Source: Planctomycetota bacterium
GTDB taxonomy: Bacteria > Planctomycetota > UBA1135 > UBA2386
DNA length: 64,000 nt
Reading direction: 5' to 3'
Assembly (NCBI GenBank): GCA_046290465.1
Contig: JBKAGP010000001.1
Coordinates: 5,824,001 to 5,888,000, forward strand
This document shows, one piece after another, positions 9,126-19,471 of this stretch (positions within the stretch are counted from its first letter, which is position 1; every line of letters begins with the position of its first letter). A model generated the notes under the pieces. That model was given only the letters and a program-made list of their open reading frames with translations. It did no database searches and was not told the origin of the DNA. The position numbers and the translations under genes are program-made.

Positions 9126-10994
9126 TCAGCGCTTGCGGCGCAGGACCAGCCACGCGGCCGCGAGCAGCGCCGTCATGCCACCGAGACCGCCGAGCACGAT
9201 CGGGTTCTTGGCGTGCTCGAGCGTCTGCTGCAGCCAGTCGCCGTGGCCGTGCGCGCCCGCGTCGTCGCCGTGGCCGTCGCCACCGTGGCTGTCGTGGTCC
9301 GCCGCGTCGTGGCCGTCGGCCGCGTGGTCGTGATCGGCGTGCCCGTGATCGGCGTGGTGATCCGCGTGCCCGTGATCGGCGTGCCCGTGAGCCGCGTGGC
9401 CGTGGTCGCCGTGTGCATGGTTGGTGTGCCCGTGATCGTCGTGGCCCGGACTGCCGTGCCCGTCGGGGGCATGCGCCGTCTCGCCGATCGGCGCCGGGAA
9501 GTCGATCACCGGCAGCGCACCGTGATCGTGTTCTGCGTGGCCCCCGCTGCCGTGGTCGTCGTCGTGCGCGGTGTGCCCGTGCTTCGAACCGTGGCCATGG
9601 CCCTCGTGGCCGTCGGTGCCATGGCCGGCTCCGCCGCTGCGGCTTGCGACCGCGCGGCCGCTCGGCGCCGGCACCTTCAGCCATGCGAGGTCGCCGCTGG
9701 CGACGTCGTAGTAGCCGGCCAGCATCGCGAAGCGGCCCTCCTGCTCGAGCGTGCGCAGCAGCGCGCTGCGCGAACGGGCCTCGTGCAGCGTGCGGATCAC
9801 GTTCTCGCGGGTCGCGTGCGCGACCAGGTCCTGGGCGTGCTGCTCGCGCGCCGTGATCACGGCCGGCTCCAGGTTGCGCAGCAGGTGCCGCTGGTGCGGC
9901 GACATCTGCTGCGAGGTCGGGTCGTCGGCGGCGGCCACGATCGACGCGCAGCGGCTGTGGCCCATGACCACCAGCAGCGATGCGCCGAGCTTCTCGGCGG
10001 CGAACTCGACGCTCGCGAGGGTCTCGTCGGTCATCGTGTTGCCGGCGACGCGGATCACGTACAGCTCGCCGAGGCCGGCGTCGAAGATGTGCTCGGGCGA
10101 GACCCGCGAGTCCGAGTCGGTGACGACGATCGCCAGCGGCTGCTGCGCGTCGGCCAGCGCCTCGCGCTGCTGGCGGCTCAGGTCCGGCATCGGTCGGCTG
10201 TCGCCGAGGAAGCGGCGGTGGCCGGCGCGCAGCATGCGCAGCGCGACGTGTGGCGGCAGGCTCGGCGGCACCGTGCCGGGCAGGGCCGGGCGGTCGACCA
10301 GCTCCGGCTTGGGCAGCGGGCGGCTCGGCAGCCACTCGACGTCGCCGCCCTGGTGGTAGCGCGCGGCGACCATGCGGAAGCGACCGACCGACGCGAACCG
10401 CCGCAGCAGCGGGCTGCGGCGCATGCACTCCTGGACGGTGCCGTGGGCGTGCTCCTCCTCGGCCATGTCGTGCAGCTGCTTGCCGCCGAGGTCGAGCGCG
10501 CGCGCCTTGCGAACGGCCGGCTCGATCCGCTCGAGCAGGTGCACGACGGCGGCGCTCGGCTGGTGGGCGGTGTCGGTCGCGTGGGTCTGCTCGGCGGCGG
10601 CTGCGACCACGTCGCAGTGCTCGTGGCCGAGCACCACGCACAGCGGCACGTTCAGCCGTTCGACGGCGTGTTCGATGGTCGCGATCGCCTCGGGGCCGAG
10701 CACGTGGCCGGCCGTGCGCACGACGACCAGTTCGCCGAGGCCGACGTTGAACAGGTGCTCGGGCGGCACCCGGCTGTCGGCGCAGGTGACGACGACCGCG
10801 TACGGGCTCTGGCCCCGCGACAGGGTCCGGCGCACTCCGGGGCCGATCGGCTGCGGCACGCTGTGCTCTCCGGCGAACCGCCGGTTGCCCTCCTGCAGGG
10901 CGCGCAGGGCCTCGTCGGGCGTTCGTTGGGCCGCGGCGGCGCAGCTCAGGGCGAGCGGGAGCGCGGCGAACAGCAGGCGATCGGTGCGGGTCAT
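9126..10994 (-). CDS. Exported tandem beta-carbonic anhydrase with His-rich tract and C-terminal TM anchor
   Basis: Signal peptide. Domain 1 has CADSRV...RTAGH...GHEHC and domain 2 has DSDSRV...RVAGN...GHSRC. His-rich linker, then TM plus RRKR. Confidence 0.88.
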   Translation of the reverse strand: MTRTDRLLFAALPLALSCAAAAQRTPDEALRALQEGNRRFAGEHSVPQPIGPGVRRTLSRGQSPYAVVVTCADSRVPPEHLFNVGLGELVVVRTAGHVLGPEAIATIEHAVERLNVPLCVVLGHEHCDVVAAAAEQTHATDTAHQPSAAVVHLLERIEPAVRKARALDLGGKQLHDMAEEEHAHGTVQECMRRSPLLRRFASVGRFRMVAARYHQGGDVEWLPSRPLPKPELVDRPALPGTVPPSLPPHVALRMLRAGHRRFLGDSRPMPDLSRQQREALADAQQPLAIVVTDSDSRVSPEHIFDAGLGELYVIRVAGNTMTDETLASVEFAAEKLGASLLVVMGHSRCASIVAAADDPTSQQMSPHQRHLLRNLEPAVITAREQHAQDLVAHATRENVIRTLHEARSRSALLRTLEQEGRFAMLAGYYDVASGDLAWLKVPAPSGRAVASRSGGAGHGTDGHEGHGHGSKHGHTAHDDDHGSGGHAEHDHGALPVIDFPAPIGETAHAPDGHGSPGHDDHGHTNHAHGDHGHAAHGHADHGHADHHADHGHADHDHAADGHDAADHDSHGGDGHGDDAGAHGHGDWLQQTLEHAKNPIVLGGLGGMTALLAAAWLVLRRKR

Positions 10995-11321
10995 GGTGTC
11001 GGTCTTCGGTGCGGTTCCCGGGTCGTCGGGTATCTCGCCAGCCATCGGCCGACCTGTCGGAAAACTGGGCGGCGATCGGGTTCCGACCCTGCCATGGCGT
11101 CCTGGGTAGGGACGGTTCGGGCGCTGATTCTCGAAGATATGGCGCCACCGTGGCGGTCCGGCCCGTTGACGGGCCCGCGCCTGCCGCTAACCTTCTTGCC
11201 CATTAATCCGGCCGACAGGGCCGGCCAAAAGCCCCGAGCGTCTGCGGCGACGGCGGGTCGTGTCGACCCCGCCGCACACAGCAATGCTGTTCCTCTGATG
11301 TCCACCCCAACCTCCAAGCCC

Positions 11322-13418
11322 ATGACTGCAAAGAAGGAGTCCCCCGAGATCAAGCGGATCCGTAACACCCGCAATTTCGGTGTCATCGCCCACATCGACG
11401 CTGGCAAGACGACCTTCAGTGAGCGCGTCCTGTACATCACCGGCAAGAGCCACAAGATCGGCGAGGTGCACGACGGTGGCGCGACGATGGACTACATGCA
11501 GGAAGAGCGCGATCGCGGCATCACGATCACGTCGGCCGCGACGTCCTGTGTGTGGCAGGGCTACCAGATGAGCCTGATCGACACCCCCGGACACGTGGAC
11601 TTCACGGTCGAGGTGGAGCGCTCGCTGCGCGTGCTGGACGGCGCCGTCGGCGTGTTCTGCGCGGTGGCCGGTGTGCAGCCGCAGTCGGAGACGGTGTGGC
11701 GCCAGGCCAACCGCTACAAGGTCCCGCGGATCGCGTTCGTCAACAAGATGGACCGCACCGGCGCCGACTTCTACAAGGCGGTCGAGTCGATGCGCACGCG
11801 TCTGCACGCCAACGCGGTGCCGATGGTGATGCCGATCGGCAAGGAGAAGAACTTCTCCGGCCTGGTCGACCTGATCAAGATGAAGGCCTTCGTGTGGGCC
11901 GACAACGACGCTCGTGAGATGACCGAGAGCGACATCCCGGCCGAGCTGCTCGACGACGCCACGGCGCGCCGCGAGGAGATGGTCGAGGCGATCGCCGAGT
12001 GCCACGACGACGTGCTCGAGAAGTTCATCGAGGGCCAGGAGATCTCCAACGAGGAGATCATGATGGCCGCGCGCAAGGGCACGCTCGATCTCAAGATCAC
12101 GCCGGTCTACTGCGGCTCGGCGTTCAAGGACAAGGGCGTGCAGACCGTGCTCGACGCGATCGTCGAATACCTGCCGAGCCCGCTCGACGTCCCGCCGATC
12201 GAAGGCATCGACCCGGAGTCGGGCGAGCCGGTCGTGCGCGAGCTGACCAGCGAGCAGCCGTTCGCCGGCCTGGTGTTCAAGACGATCAGCGATCCGAACG
12301 GCGACCTGACGTTCATCCGCCTCTACACGGGCGAGATGAAGCAGGGCGAGAAGTACTACAACGGTCGTACCCGCCGCTTCGAGCGCATCGGTCGTCTGAT
12401 GCGCATGCACGCGATCCAGCGTGAGCCGCTCGAGGTCGCCAAGGCCGGCGACATCGTCGCGGTTGTCGGCGTCAAGGAAGCCATCACCGGCGACACGCTG
12501 TCGACCAAGGACAACCCGGTCGTCTACGAGGCGATGACGTTCCCGGACACGGTGATCAGCATGGCGATCGAGCCGCAGTCGGCGGGCGACCGCGACAAGC
12601 TGTCGGCCGTGATCGGCAAGCTGGTGCGCGAGGACCCGACCTTCAAGGCGGTGTCGGACGAGCAGACCGGCGAGATGGTCATCTCGGGCATGGGTGAGCT
12701 TCACCTCGAGGTGAAGTGCAACCAGATCAAGAACGACCACAAGATCGGCATCAACGTCGGCAAGCCGAAGGTCGCCTACAAGATGACGCTGAAGGGCCCC
12801 AAGCAGGTCGAGGCGCGTCACATCAAGCAGTCCGGTGGTTCGGGTCAGTTCGCTGTCGCGCGTCTGAACTTCTCGGTCAAGGACGAGATCGAGTTCGTCG
12901 AGTTCGAGGACAACGTCAAGGGTGGTTCGGTGCCGCGGGAGTACATCCCGGCGATCGGCAACGGCATCGAGTCCGCGGTCAAGGGCGGCGGCCGTCTCGG
13001 CTTCCCGTTCTGCAAGATCCACGCGGAGCTCTACGACGGCCAGGCGCACGACGTCGACTCGAGCGTGATGGCGTTCGAGGCCGCCGGCGTGCTGGCGTTC
13101 CGTCTGGCCTGCGAAGGCAACTCGCTGCTGCTCGAGCCGATCATGAAGATCGAGATCGAGTGCCCCGAGGAGAAGACCGGCGACGTCATCGGTGACCTGT
13201 CGTCGCGTCGCGGCGTGGTCGACGAGATGGTCGCCCGCCCGGGTGGCGTGTCGTCGGTGACCGGCAAGGTCCCGCTGAGCGAGATGTTCCAGTACTCGAC
13301 GATGCTGCGCTCGATCACGCAGGGCCGCGGCACCTACTCGATGGAGCCGGGCACCTACGAGCCGGTTCCGCCGAACATCGCGGACAAGGTGCTCGAAGAG
13401 TACCAGTCGGATTCGTAG
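11322..13418 (+). CDS. fusA: Elongation factor G
   Basis: [48 protein letters not shown] and HDVDSS. Start at 11322 or 11298. Confidence 0.97.
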   Translation: MTAKKESPEIKRIRNTRNFGVIAHIDAGKTTFSERVLYITGKSHKIGEVHDGGATMDYMQEERDRGITITSAATSCVWQGYQMSLIDTPGHVDFTVEVERSLRVLDGAVGVFCAVAGVQPQSETVWRQANRYKVPRIAFVNKMDRTGADFYKAVESMRTRLHANAVPMVMPIGKEKNFSGLVDLIKMKAFVWADNDAREMTESDIPAELLDDATARREEMVEAIAECHDDVLEKFIEGQEISNEEIMMAARKGTLDLKITPVYCGSAFKDKGVQTVLDAIVEYLPSPLDVPPIEGIDPESGEPVVRELTSEQPFAGLVFKTISDPNGDLTFIRLYTGEMKQGEKYYNGRTRRFERIGRLMRMHAIQREPLEVAKAGDIVAVVGVKEAITGDTLSTKDNPVVYEAMTFPDTVISMAIEPQSAGDRDKLSAVIGKLVREDPTFKAVSDEQTGEMVISGMGELHLEVKCNQIKNDHKIGINVGKPKVAYKMTLKGPKQVEARHIKQSGGSGQFAVARLNFSVKDEIEFVEFEDNVKGGSVPREYIPAIGNGIESAVKGGGRLGFPFCKIHAELYDGQAHDVDSSVMAFEAAGVLAFRLACEGNSLLLEPIMKIEIECPEEKTGDVIGDLSSRRGVVDEMVARPGGVSSVTGKVPLSEMFQYSTMLRSITQGRGTYSMEPGTYEPVPPNIADKVLEEYQSDS

Positions 13419-13446
13419 GCCGGACTCCCGCGCCAGCGGCAACCAG

Positions 13447-13466
13447 GCTCCCGCGCCAGCGGGAGC
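13447..13466 (+). terminator. GC hairpin after fusA (possible terminator, no U tract)
   Basis: GCTCCCGC-GCCA-GCGGGAGC, an 8-bp perfect stem. Overlaps a direct duplication of CTCCCGCGCCAGCGG. Confidence 0.4.
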
Positions 13467-13592
13467 GGCACTACGCCCCCGCCCGTCCGGCCCAACGGCT
13501 CGTCGCCCCTAGCGACGGGCCGTCGTCCTGTACCGTTCCACCACGACCGGTCGGTACGCCCTGCTCCCGGAACCGACCTTACGGACCGGTGG

Positions 13593-13922
13593 TCAGGTGC
13601 CGAGGAGCTTGATGCCCTCGTGGGCCAGGGCGAGCAGCACGCAGGGATCGTCGCCGTCGCTGCCGGTTGCCCGCGGCGCGTGTTCGGTTCCGGGGGGATA
13701 GCGGACGAGCTGGCCCTGCCGGTAGCTGCCGAGTTCGTCGGCGTAGCCGCCACGCACGACCAGGACCTCTTCGTCGCTGGTGTGCTTGTGCGGCGGGTAG
13801 CCGCAGCCGGGTTGCATGCGGATCAGGGCCAGCACCCGGTTGGTGTCCCGGTCCGACGCGTAGAAGTGCACCGAGACTCCTTCGTACCTGGTCGGTTGCC
13901 ACGGGATCGAGTCGAGCTGCAT
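13593..13922 (-). CDS. ChrR-like cupin domain protein
   Basis: IPWQPT..GV, LIRMQPG.GYP.H.H..DEEVLVV.G and P.G.EH.P. Confidence 0.8.
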   Translation of the reverse strand: MQLDSIPWQPTRYEGVSVHFYASDRDTNRVLALIRMQPGCGYPPHKHTSDEEVLVVRGGYADELGSYRQGQLVRYPPGTEHAPRATGSDGDDPCVLLALAHEGIKLLGT

Positions 13923-13951
13923 GCCTCGGAAGGCTATCCTGCTCGCCAACG

Positions 13952-14467
13952 ATGCCCAATCCTCGTGAGACCTGGTCCATCTCGGTCGAGAAGGACTACC
14001 TGAAGTTCAGCGCCGCGCACTTCCTGATCTTCCCCGACGGCACGGCCGAACGGCTGCACGGCCACAACTACAAGGTCTACATCGACCTGCACACCGAGCT
14101 CGACGAGCACGGCCTGGTCGTCAACTTCAAGGAGATCAAGCCGCTGGTCCGGCAGCTGTGCGACGAGCTCGACGAGCACCTGCTGATCCCGGGCAAGCAC
14201 CCGGTGCTGACCGCCGAGGTCGTCGGCCCGCACTACGAGATCCGCTACCGCGAACGTCACTACCTGATCCCCAAGGAAGAGGTGATCGTGCTGCCGATCG
14301 GCAACTCGTCGGCCGAGAACCTCGCCGCATGGTTCGGGCGCACGCTGCGCGAGCGCATGCGCGGGCCGTGGCCCGACCTGACGGTCCAGATGCTGTCGGT
14401 CGGCGTCGAGGAGACGCCCGGCCAGCGCGGCGTCTGGACGCTGCGCGAACAGGAAGAACGCTCGTAG
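13952..14467 (+). CDS. 6-pyruvoyl-tetrahydropterin synthase family protein (PTPS-III-type motif)
   Basis: FSAAHF, ERLHGHNY, VVNFKEIK, SSAENLA and GVEETPGQ. Confidence 0.88.
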   Translation: MPNPRETWSISVEKDYLKFSAAHFLIFPDGTAERLHGHNYKVYIDLHTELDEHGLVVNFKEIKPLVRQLCDELDEHLLIPGKHPVLTAEVVGPHYEIRYRERHYLIPKEEVIVLPIGNSSAENLAAWFGRTLRERMRGPWPDLTVQMLSVGVEETPGQRGVWTLREQEERS

Positions 14468-14541
14468 TCCTGCTGGCCGAAGGCTTCGCCCCCGCGGCCA
14501 AGGTCTGGCAGACCTGATGCCAGGTCGCGAAGCCGCGGCGC

Positions 14542-14835
14542 TCAGACGGTCGGGTAGCCGTGCAGCCAGCGCGCCGGCCCGTCGCCGCAGTTGCGCACAG
14601 TGTGCCGGGTGCCGGCCGGGATCGACAGTTCGTCACCCGGCTGCAGGCGCACGGTGCGGCCGGCGAGCTCGATCTGCGCCGAGCCCTCGAGCAGCAGCAC
14701 GAGTTCGTCGACGTCGTGCTCGAAGTCGCGCCAGACCTGATCCGGCGGGTCGATCCAGAGCTCGCAGCTGTAGCCACGGCTCCGCCAGTCGGCCTGCACC
14801 GCGGCCGGGTCGAGGTTGTTGGTGGTGGGCTGCAT
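14542..14835 (-). CDS. Small cupin domain protein
   Basis: WIDPPDQVW.DFEH..DELVLLLEG and LQPGDELSIPAGTRH.VRN. Confidence 0.85.
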   Translation of the reverse strand: MQPTTNNLDPAAVQADWRSRGYSCELWIDPPDQVWRDFEHDVDELVLLLEGSAQIELAGRTVRLQPGDELSIPAGTRHTVRNCGDGPARWLHGYPTV

Positions 14836-14994
14836 CGTGACGCCTCCCGGTCGTCGGACGCGTGGTGGTGGGAAGCAGACCGTCGCCTTCGGTCTACCGG
14901 AGCAGAGCATACCTGCTTCCGTATCGGAAGGGGCCATGCGCGGGCGCGGCGCGGGCCGCCGTGGTGGTGGGAACGGCACGGTGGTGGTGGGGAA

Positions 14995-15465
14995 CAGAGG
15001 GGTTTGGCGAGGCCGCAGCGGCCTCGCAGGAAGCACTACCTCGCGCGCAGGATCCGGTCACCTCGAATCGCGCGGGCGTGGTGCGAGGCCTTCGCCCGCG
15101 GTGCGCCCCCGGTTGCCGGGATCCGGGCCGGCCGCTCCAAGCGCCGTCGCCTGGACGGCTCGGCCGTATCGGTCGGTTCGGACACGTGGTCCGTACAGAG
15201 GTCGAGGCTGGACAAGCCAGCCTCGACGAGGTTTGGGCGGTGCATGGGTACCGCCCCAGCAATAGTTCCGTCCTCAGGATCCGCGTGAAAGCGCGAGACG
15301 TGCTGATCGGCTCGCTGACCGATCAGCAGCACCAAGAGCTTGCGCTCTGGAACAGACCCCTCTGATTCGCGATGCCGTCTCGGCGTCCGAGATGCTCGCA
15401 CGGGATCCAGGAGGACGGGAAAGAGCTTCTGCAAGGAGGCATGGTTCCTCGCAGAACACTCCTTG
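14995..15465. ncRNA. Candidate large structured RNA or MITE-like element (unclassified)
   Basis: Closing inverted repeat 14995-15006/15353-15364 plus at least six internal 7-11 bp stems. No convincing ORF. Confidence 0.45.
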
Positions 15466-15598
15466 GACGACCGCAGGTCCGCCCCGGGTTCCGTCACGCT
15501 CTCCAAAAAAGCGAAGATCCGCAGCGATTCGGGCTGAGCGATCCCGCACGCACGTGCCGGTGGCACGGGCGTCTCGGGGGTGTCCCGGCGGCCGCCGG

Positions 15599-16939
15599 CT
15601 ACGGCAGCTGCAGCGGCGCGCGGTCGCCGGTCTCGGCCATGCGGCGGATGTGCTCGTGCACCTGCATCGCCCGCTTCACGCACTGGTCGCTGTTGTGGTA
15701 CTCGTAGCGTCCGAAGCGACCGAACGTCAGGTAGCCGCTGTCGTCGAACCACTGGCGCACGCGGGCGACCCGCGCGGCGAACTCGAGGTCCTGGTCGATG
15801 TACGCAAACTCGTTGTTGCACGCCTCGAGCAGCACGACCTGCTCCTTTCGCAGGATGCCGGCGCGGTCGAGGCCGTCGACGACGCCCTGCAGCCACTCGC
15901 GGTCGTCGGGCCGCAGGTCGCCGCGGTGCGTGACCTCGGCGAGGAAGCAGCCGTGCCCTGCGGGCGCGTTGAACTTCGAGTAGTTGCTGTAGTAGGTGAC
16001 GCGGTTGGTCGGTCCCTGCTCTTCGAACGGCAGGTAGATCCAGCTCAGGTCGGGCAGCGGCTCGTCGAGCTTGACGCCGATCATCACGTTGATCAGCGAG
16101 ATCGGCTCGAGCGCGCGGATGTCGGCGCGCACGTGGTCGGGGATCTTCTCGATCACGCCTTCGATCTGCGGCAGCGGCACGGTGTTGACGACCAGGTCGT
16201 AGGCCTCGCCGTTGACCTCGAAGCCGTCGCCCTTCTGCGCGACCCGCTCGACGACCGCGTTGCAGACGAGGTCGAAGCCGCCGCCGTTGGCGGTCCCCTT
16301 GACCATCGTCTCGAAGCCGCCGTGCAGCGGGAACCAGAACACCGACTGGTGGGTGTAGCCCTCGGTGTCGACGCCGACGGCCGAGCGCAGGATGTCCTCG
16401 ATCGGCGCCTCGGGCACGCGGCCGGCGACCCAGTCGCTGGCCATCGTGTTGAGGTCGCGCTTCCAGATCTTGTTGTTGTACGGAACCATGAAGTGGCGGG
16501 CGAAGCCGTCGCCCATGCGCCACTGGATCCAGTCGCCGAAGTTCTCCGGGCACGCGGTGCCCATGCGGCGACCGACGTAGGCCTCGATGTAGCCCTTCAT
16601 GCAGTCGACCGTGGCCTCCTTGGTCAGGTGCCCGACGCCGTTCTCGAACGGATAGGGCACCCAGCGGTCGTGCCAACGGATCTTGGTGTTCCGCACGGTC
16701 TTCTGCGTGCCGGCGTCGCCGCCACAGACGTCGAGCTGCCAGTCCAGGACCGTCTGGTCCTTGGAGAAGATGATGTGGCCGCCGGCTTCGTCGAACGTGA
16801 AGCCGTCGTAGCTGCGGCTCTTGCACAACCCGCCGACGCGCTCGGTCTTCTCGAGCACGGTCACGCGATGGCCGTCGGCCGCGAGCATGCGGGCGAGGGC
16901 GCATCCGGAGATGCCGCCACCGAGGATGGCGATCTTCAC
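15599..16939 (-). CDS. FAD-dependent oxidoreductase (HemY / UDP-galactopyranose mutase-like)
   Basis: IAILGGGISG, VLEK..RVGGLCKS, GGHIIFS, PYNNKIWK, FWFPLHGGF and GRFGRYEYHNSDQ. Confidence 0.85.
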   Translation of the reverse strand: MKIAILGGGISGCALARMLAADGHRVTVLEKTERVGGLCKSRSYDGFTFDEAGGHIIFSKDQTVLDWQLDVCGGDAGTQKTVRNTKIRWHDRWVPYPFENGVGHLTKEATVDCMKGYIEAYVGRRMGTACPENFGDWIQWRMGDGFARHFMVPYNNKIWKRDLNTMASDWVAGRVPEAPIEDILRSAVGVDTEGYTHQSVFWFPLHGGFETMVKGTANGGGFDLVCNAVVERVAQKGDGFEVNGEAYDLVVNTVPLPQIEGVIEKIPDHVRADIRALEPISLINVMIGVKLDEPLPDLSWIYLPFEEQGPTNRVTYYSNYSKFNAPAGHGCFLAEVTHRGDLRPDDREWLQGVVDGLDRAGILRKEQVVLLEACNNEFAYIDQDLEFAARVARVRQWFDDSGYLTFGRFGRYEYHNSDQCVKRAMQVHEHIRRMAETGDRAPLQLP

Positions 16940-17059
16940 GACAGGGACTCCAGCGGCAGGCGAGGCATCGGGCGAAGAACTCTACCGCGTGTGCGGACGC
17001 GCGGACGAGTGCAAACCGCGCGAGACTTCGGTGAGGACTTGCTCGATAGTGTCGCGCCC

Positions 17060-18253
17060 TTGACGACGCCGGAACCCAACGATCCCGATTCGATCCGCGC
17101 GCCCGCACCGCGGGAAGGCATGGCCGTGCTGGCGCTGGCGATGTCGGCGTTCGTGCTCAACCTGAACTCCAATGTCATGGGCGCGCTGTTGCCGTTCGTG
17201 CGCGAGGAGTTCGGCTTCGACAACGACGGCGGCGCGCAGCTGTTGTCAGCCGCGGGCGCGGGCTCGGCGCTCGGTGCCCTGCTGGTCGCCGACGCGGGGC
17301 GATGGTTCGGCCGCCGCGCGGTGCTCGCCACCAGCCTCGGCGCGTTCGCCGTCGCCAGCGCCCTGCATCTCGTAGTCGGCTCGTTCTGGCCGTTGCTCGT
17401 GCTGCGCGCGCTCGCCGGGCTCTCGACCGGCATCGCCTACGCCGCGGCTTCGGCCGCCGTCGCCGACCTGGCGCCGTACGAACGGCGCGGCGCGGTGATG
17501 GGGCGCTTCAACGCGGGCCTGTTCCTGGCGATCCCGATCGGCCTGCCGCTGACGGTGTGGCTGGCGTCGATCGGCCACTGGCAGGCGACGTTCGTCGTGC
17601 AGGCGCTGGTCGGTGCGGTGGCGCTGGTCATGACCCTGCGCATGGTTCCGGAGCTGCCGCCTGCTCGCAACGCGCGGCGGCTGCCGCTGCTGGCCAACGG
17701 CGGGGTCGTCGCCGTGCTGGTCGCGACCATGCTGCACGTCGGCTCGTTCTTCACGGTGGTGCAGCTGGCGACGTCGTGGCTCGACGACGAAGGCATCGTG
17801 CCGAAGCAGCACCAGGTCTGGGTCTGGGTCGGCCTCGGCGCGCTGTCGGTGCTCGGCAGCGCGCTGTTCGGCAGGCTCAGCGACCGGCTCGGCAAGCGGC
17901 GCTTCGTGCTGGTGACGTCGGGCATCCTGGTGGTCTGCTTCTTCGCGCTGTCGCGCAGCTGGGGCCGCGACTACCTGCTGCCGATCGGTTGCGTGCTGGC
18001 GGTCGCGGCCGCGGCGCGCACCGGGCCGCTGCAGGCGTTGGTCTCGGGGCTGGTGCCGAGCGAGCAGCTGGGCGCCTTGATGGGGCTGCGTGGCTTCTGC
18101 ATGCAGCTGGGGGTGTTCCTGTTCGCGCTCGGCGCCTCCGGGCTGACCGACAGGCTCGGCTTCCGCGGCGTGCTGATGCTCGGCGCCGCCTGCCAGCTCG
18201 GCTCGTACCTCGCGATCCGCCTCGGCGTGCGCGAACCGGCCCCAACGCCTTGA
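17060..18253 (+). CDS. MFS transporter
   Basis: About 12 TMs, motif A (GRWFGRR and GRLSDRLGKRR), LRALAG and ERRGAVMG. Start TTG 17060 or ATG 17120. Confidence 0.88.
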   Translation: MTTPEPNDPDSIRAPAPREGMAVLALAMSAFVLNLNSNVMGALLPFVREEFGFDNDGGAQLLSAAGAGSALGALLVADAGRWFGRRAVLATSLGAFAVASALHLVVGSFWPLLVLRALAGLSTGIAYAAASAAVADLAPYERRGAVMGRFNAGLFLAIPIGLPLTVWLASIGHWQATFVVQALVGAVALVMTLRMVPELPPARNARRLPLLANGGVVAVLVATMLHVGSFFTVVQLATSWLDDEGIVPKQHQVWVWVGLGALSVLGSALFGRLSDRLGKRRFVLVTSGILVVCFFALSRSWGRDYLLPIGCVLAVAAAARTGPLQALVSGLVPSEQLGALMGLRGFCMQLGVFLFALGASGLTDRLGFRGVLMLGAACQLGSYLAIRLGVREPAPTP

Positions 18254-18397
18254 GTCCTTGGCCCCGTTGGTTCTTGGCCCCATACGTCCAGCACCGGATC
18301 GGCTGCTGGCCGACAAGCTTCGCGATCCTTCGGCCACACCGGCCGGCGGGCTGCGCTGTGCCGCGCCGTCCACCCGAAACCACGCCCTGATCTCTGC

Positions 18398-19471
18398 ATG
18401 AAGCGCCTGCTCGCCGTCTGCCTCCTCTTGCTCCCGTTCGCCACCAGCTGCGCCACCTACTCGGTCCAGCACTTCGTCGGCTCCGACGACTACGAGGTCG
18501 CCCGCGTCGAGGCGGCCGACGGATCGGTCGAGACCTACCGCCTGCAGAACGGCCGTTCGCTGCAGGTGACGACCGAGTACGAGCGCGAGCGGCCGTTCCT
18601 CGGCTTCCAGGTCGTCGAACTGACCAAGCCGCGCGCCGAGCAGCGCGGCGTCAAGCCCTACAGCGGGCTGCTGATCCAGGGGACCTACACCAAGTCGAGC
18701 GCGCGCCAGGCCGGGGCCCGCAACAACGACGTGCTGCTGGCGATCGACGGCAGCGAGATCGTCTACCTCGACCAGCTCGCCGAGGCCGAAGCCAGGCTGC
18801 GCGACCAGCAGGAGGTGCAGGTGCGGCTGTTGCGCGGCGACCAGGAGATCGACGTGACGATGCGCGCCAACCTGCTGCACGAGCAGGTCAGCGACTCGCA
18901 GCAGATCGCGCTGCGCACGCCGCCGTCGTCGCCGCGCCCCTATGCCGGCGTCCGGCTGCGCGGGGTCCCGTCGGTGTGGGCCGAACGCATGCTCGGCGAG
19001 CCGCGCAACGCGGTGATCGTCGCCGAGGTCGAGGTCGGCTCGCCGGCGTGGCTGGCCGGCATCCGCGGCGGCGACCTGATCGAGACCGTCGACGGTGCGG
19101 CGGTGCCCGAGGTCGACGAGTTGTCGCAGCGGATCGCGGCGAAGGGGGAGGCCGGCCAGACGATGACGTGGGGCGTTCGCCGTGAGGTCGGTCGCAGCTA
19201 CGAGGCCGAGATCGAACTCGCGGACTACAGCGGGACCTCGGGCATCCACGTGCCGCTGCTGTTCGGCGCCAGCAACGGCGTCTACGAGGACAAGTGGAAC
19301 ATCGGCTGGGGCCTGATCATGGGCAACCGCAACAACTACGTCGCCGACCAGCAGACCCGCCGCGTGCAGACTCGCAACCGCTTCAGCATGCTGCTCGGCC
19401 TGTTCAAGGTCGACTCGCGCCCCGACGAGACCCGCGTGCGCCTGCTCTGGTTCATCCACTTCGACACGTAG
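18398..19471 (+). CDS. Lipoprotein with two PDZ domains
   Basis: Lipobox FATSC. PDZ-like segments RPFLGF...SSARQAGARNNDVLLAIDG and PYAGV...GSPAWLAGIRGGDLIETVDG. Confidence 0.8.
   Translation: MKRLLAVCLLLLPFATSCATYSVQHFVGSDDYEVARVEAADGSVETYRLQNGRSLQVTTEYERERPFLGFQVVELTKPRAEQRGVKPYSGLLIQGTYTKSSARQAGARNNDVLLAIDGSEIVYLDQLAEAEARLRDQQEVQVRLLRGDQEIDVTMRANLLHEQVSDSQQIALRTPPSSPRPYAGVRLRGVPSVWAERMLGEPRNAVIVAEVEVGSPAWLAGIRGGDLIETVDGAAVPEVDELSQRIAAKGEAGQTMTWGVRREVGRSYEAEIELADYSGTSGIHVPLLFGASNGVYEDKWNIGWGLIMGNRNNYVADQQTRRVQTRNRFSMLLGLFKVDSRPDETRVRLLWFIHFDT

Noticed and set aside
7320..11321. 2032-aa giant EF-G fusion (7320..13418)
   Set aside because: The upstream part is an off-frame or antisense read of the glycosyltransferase and carbonic anhydrase genes. 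EF-G homology starts near 11322.
13952..14467. queD gene symbol
   Set aside because: The catalytic Cys is absent and the Glu-type PTPS-III motif is present.
14840..15590. RNase P RNA, tmRNA or a protein-coding gene (e.g. 14862..15365)
   Set aside because: No GAGGAAAGUCC-type RNase P core and no tRNA-like ends were found. The ORFs lack the host codon bias and recognisable motifs.
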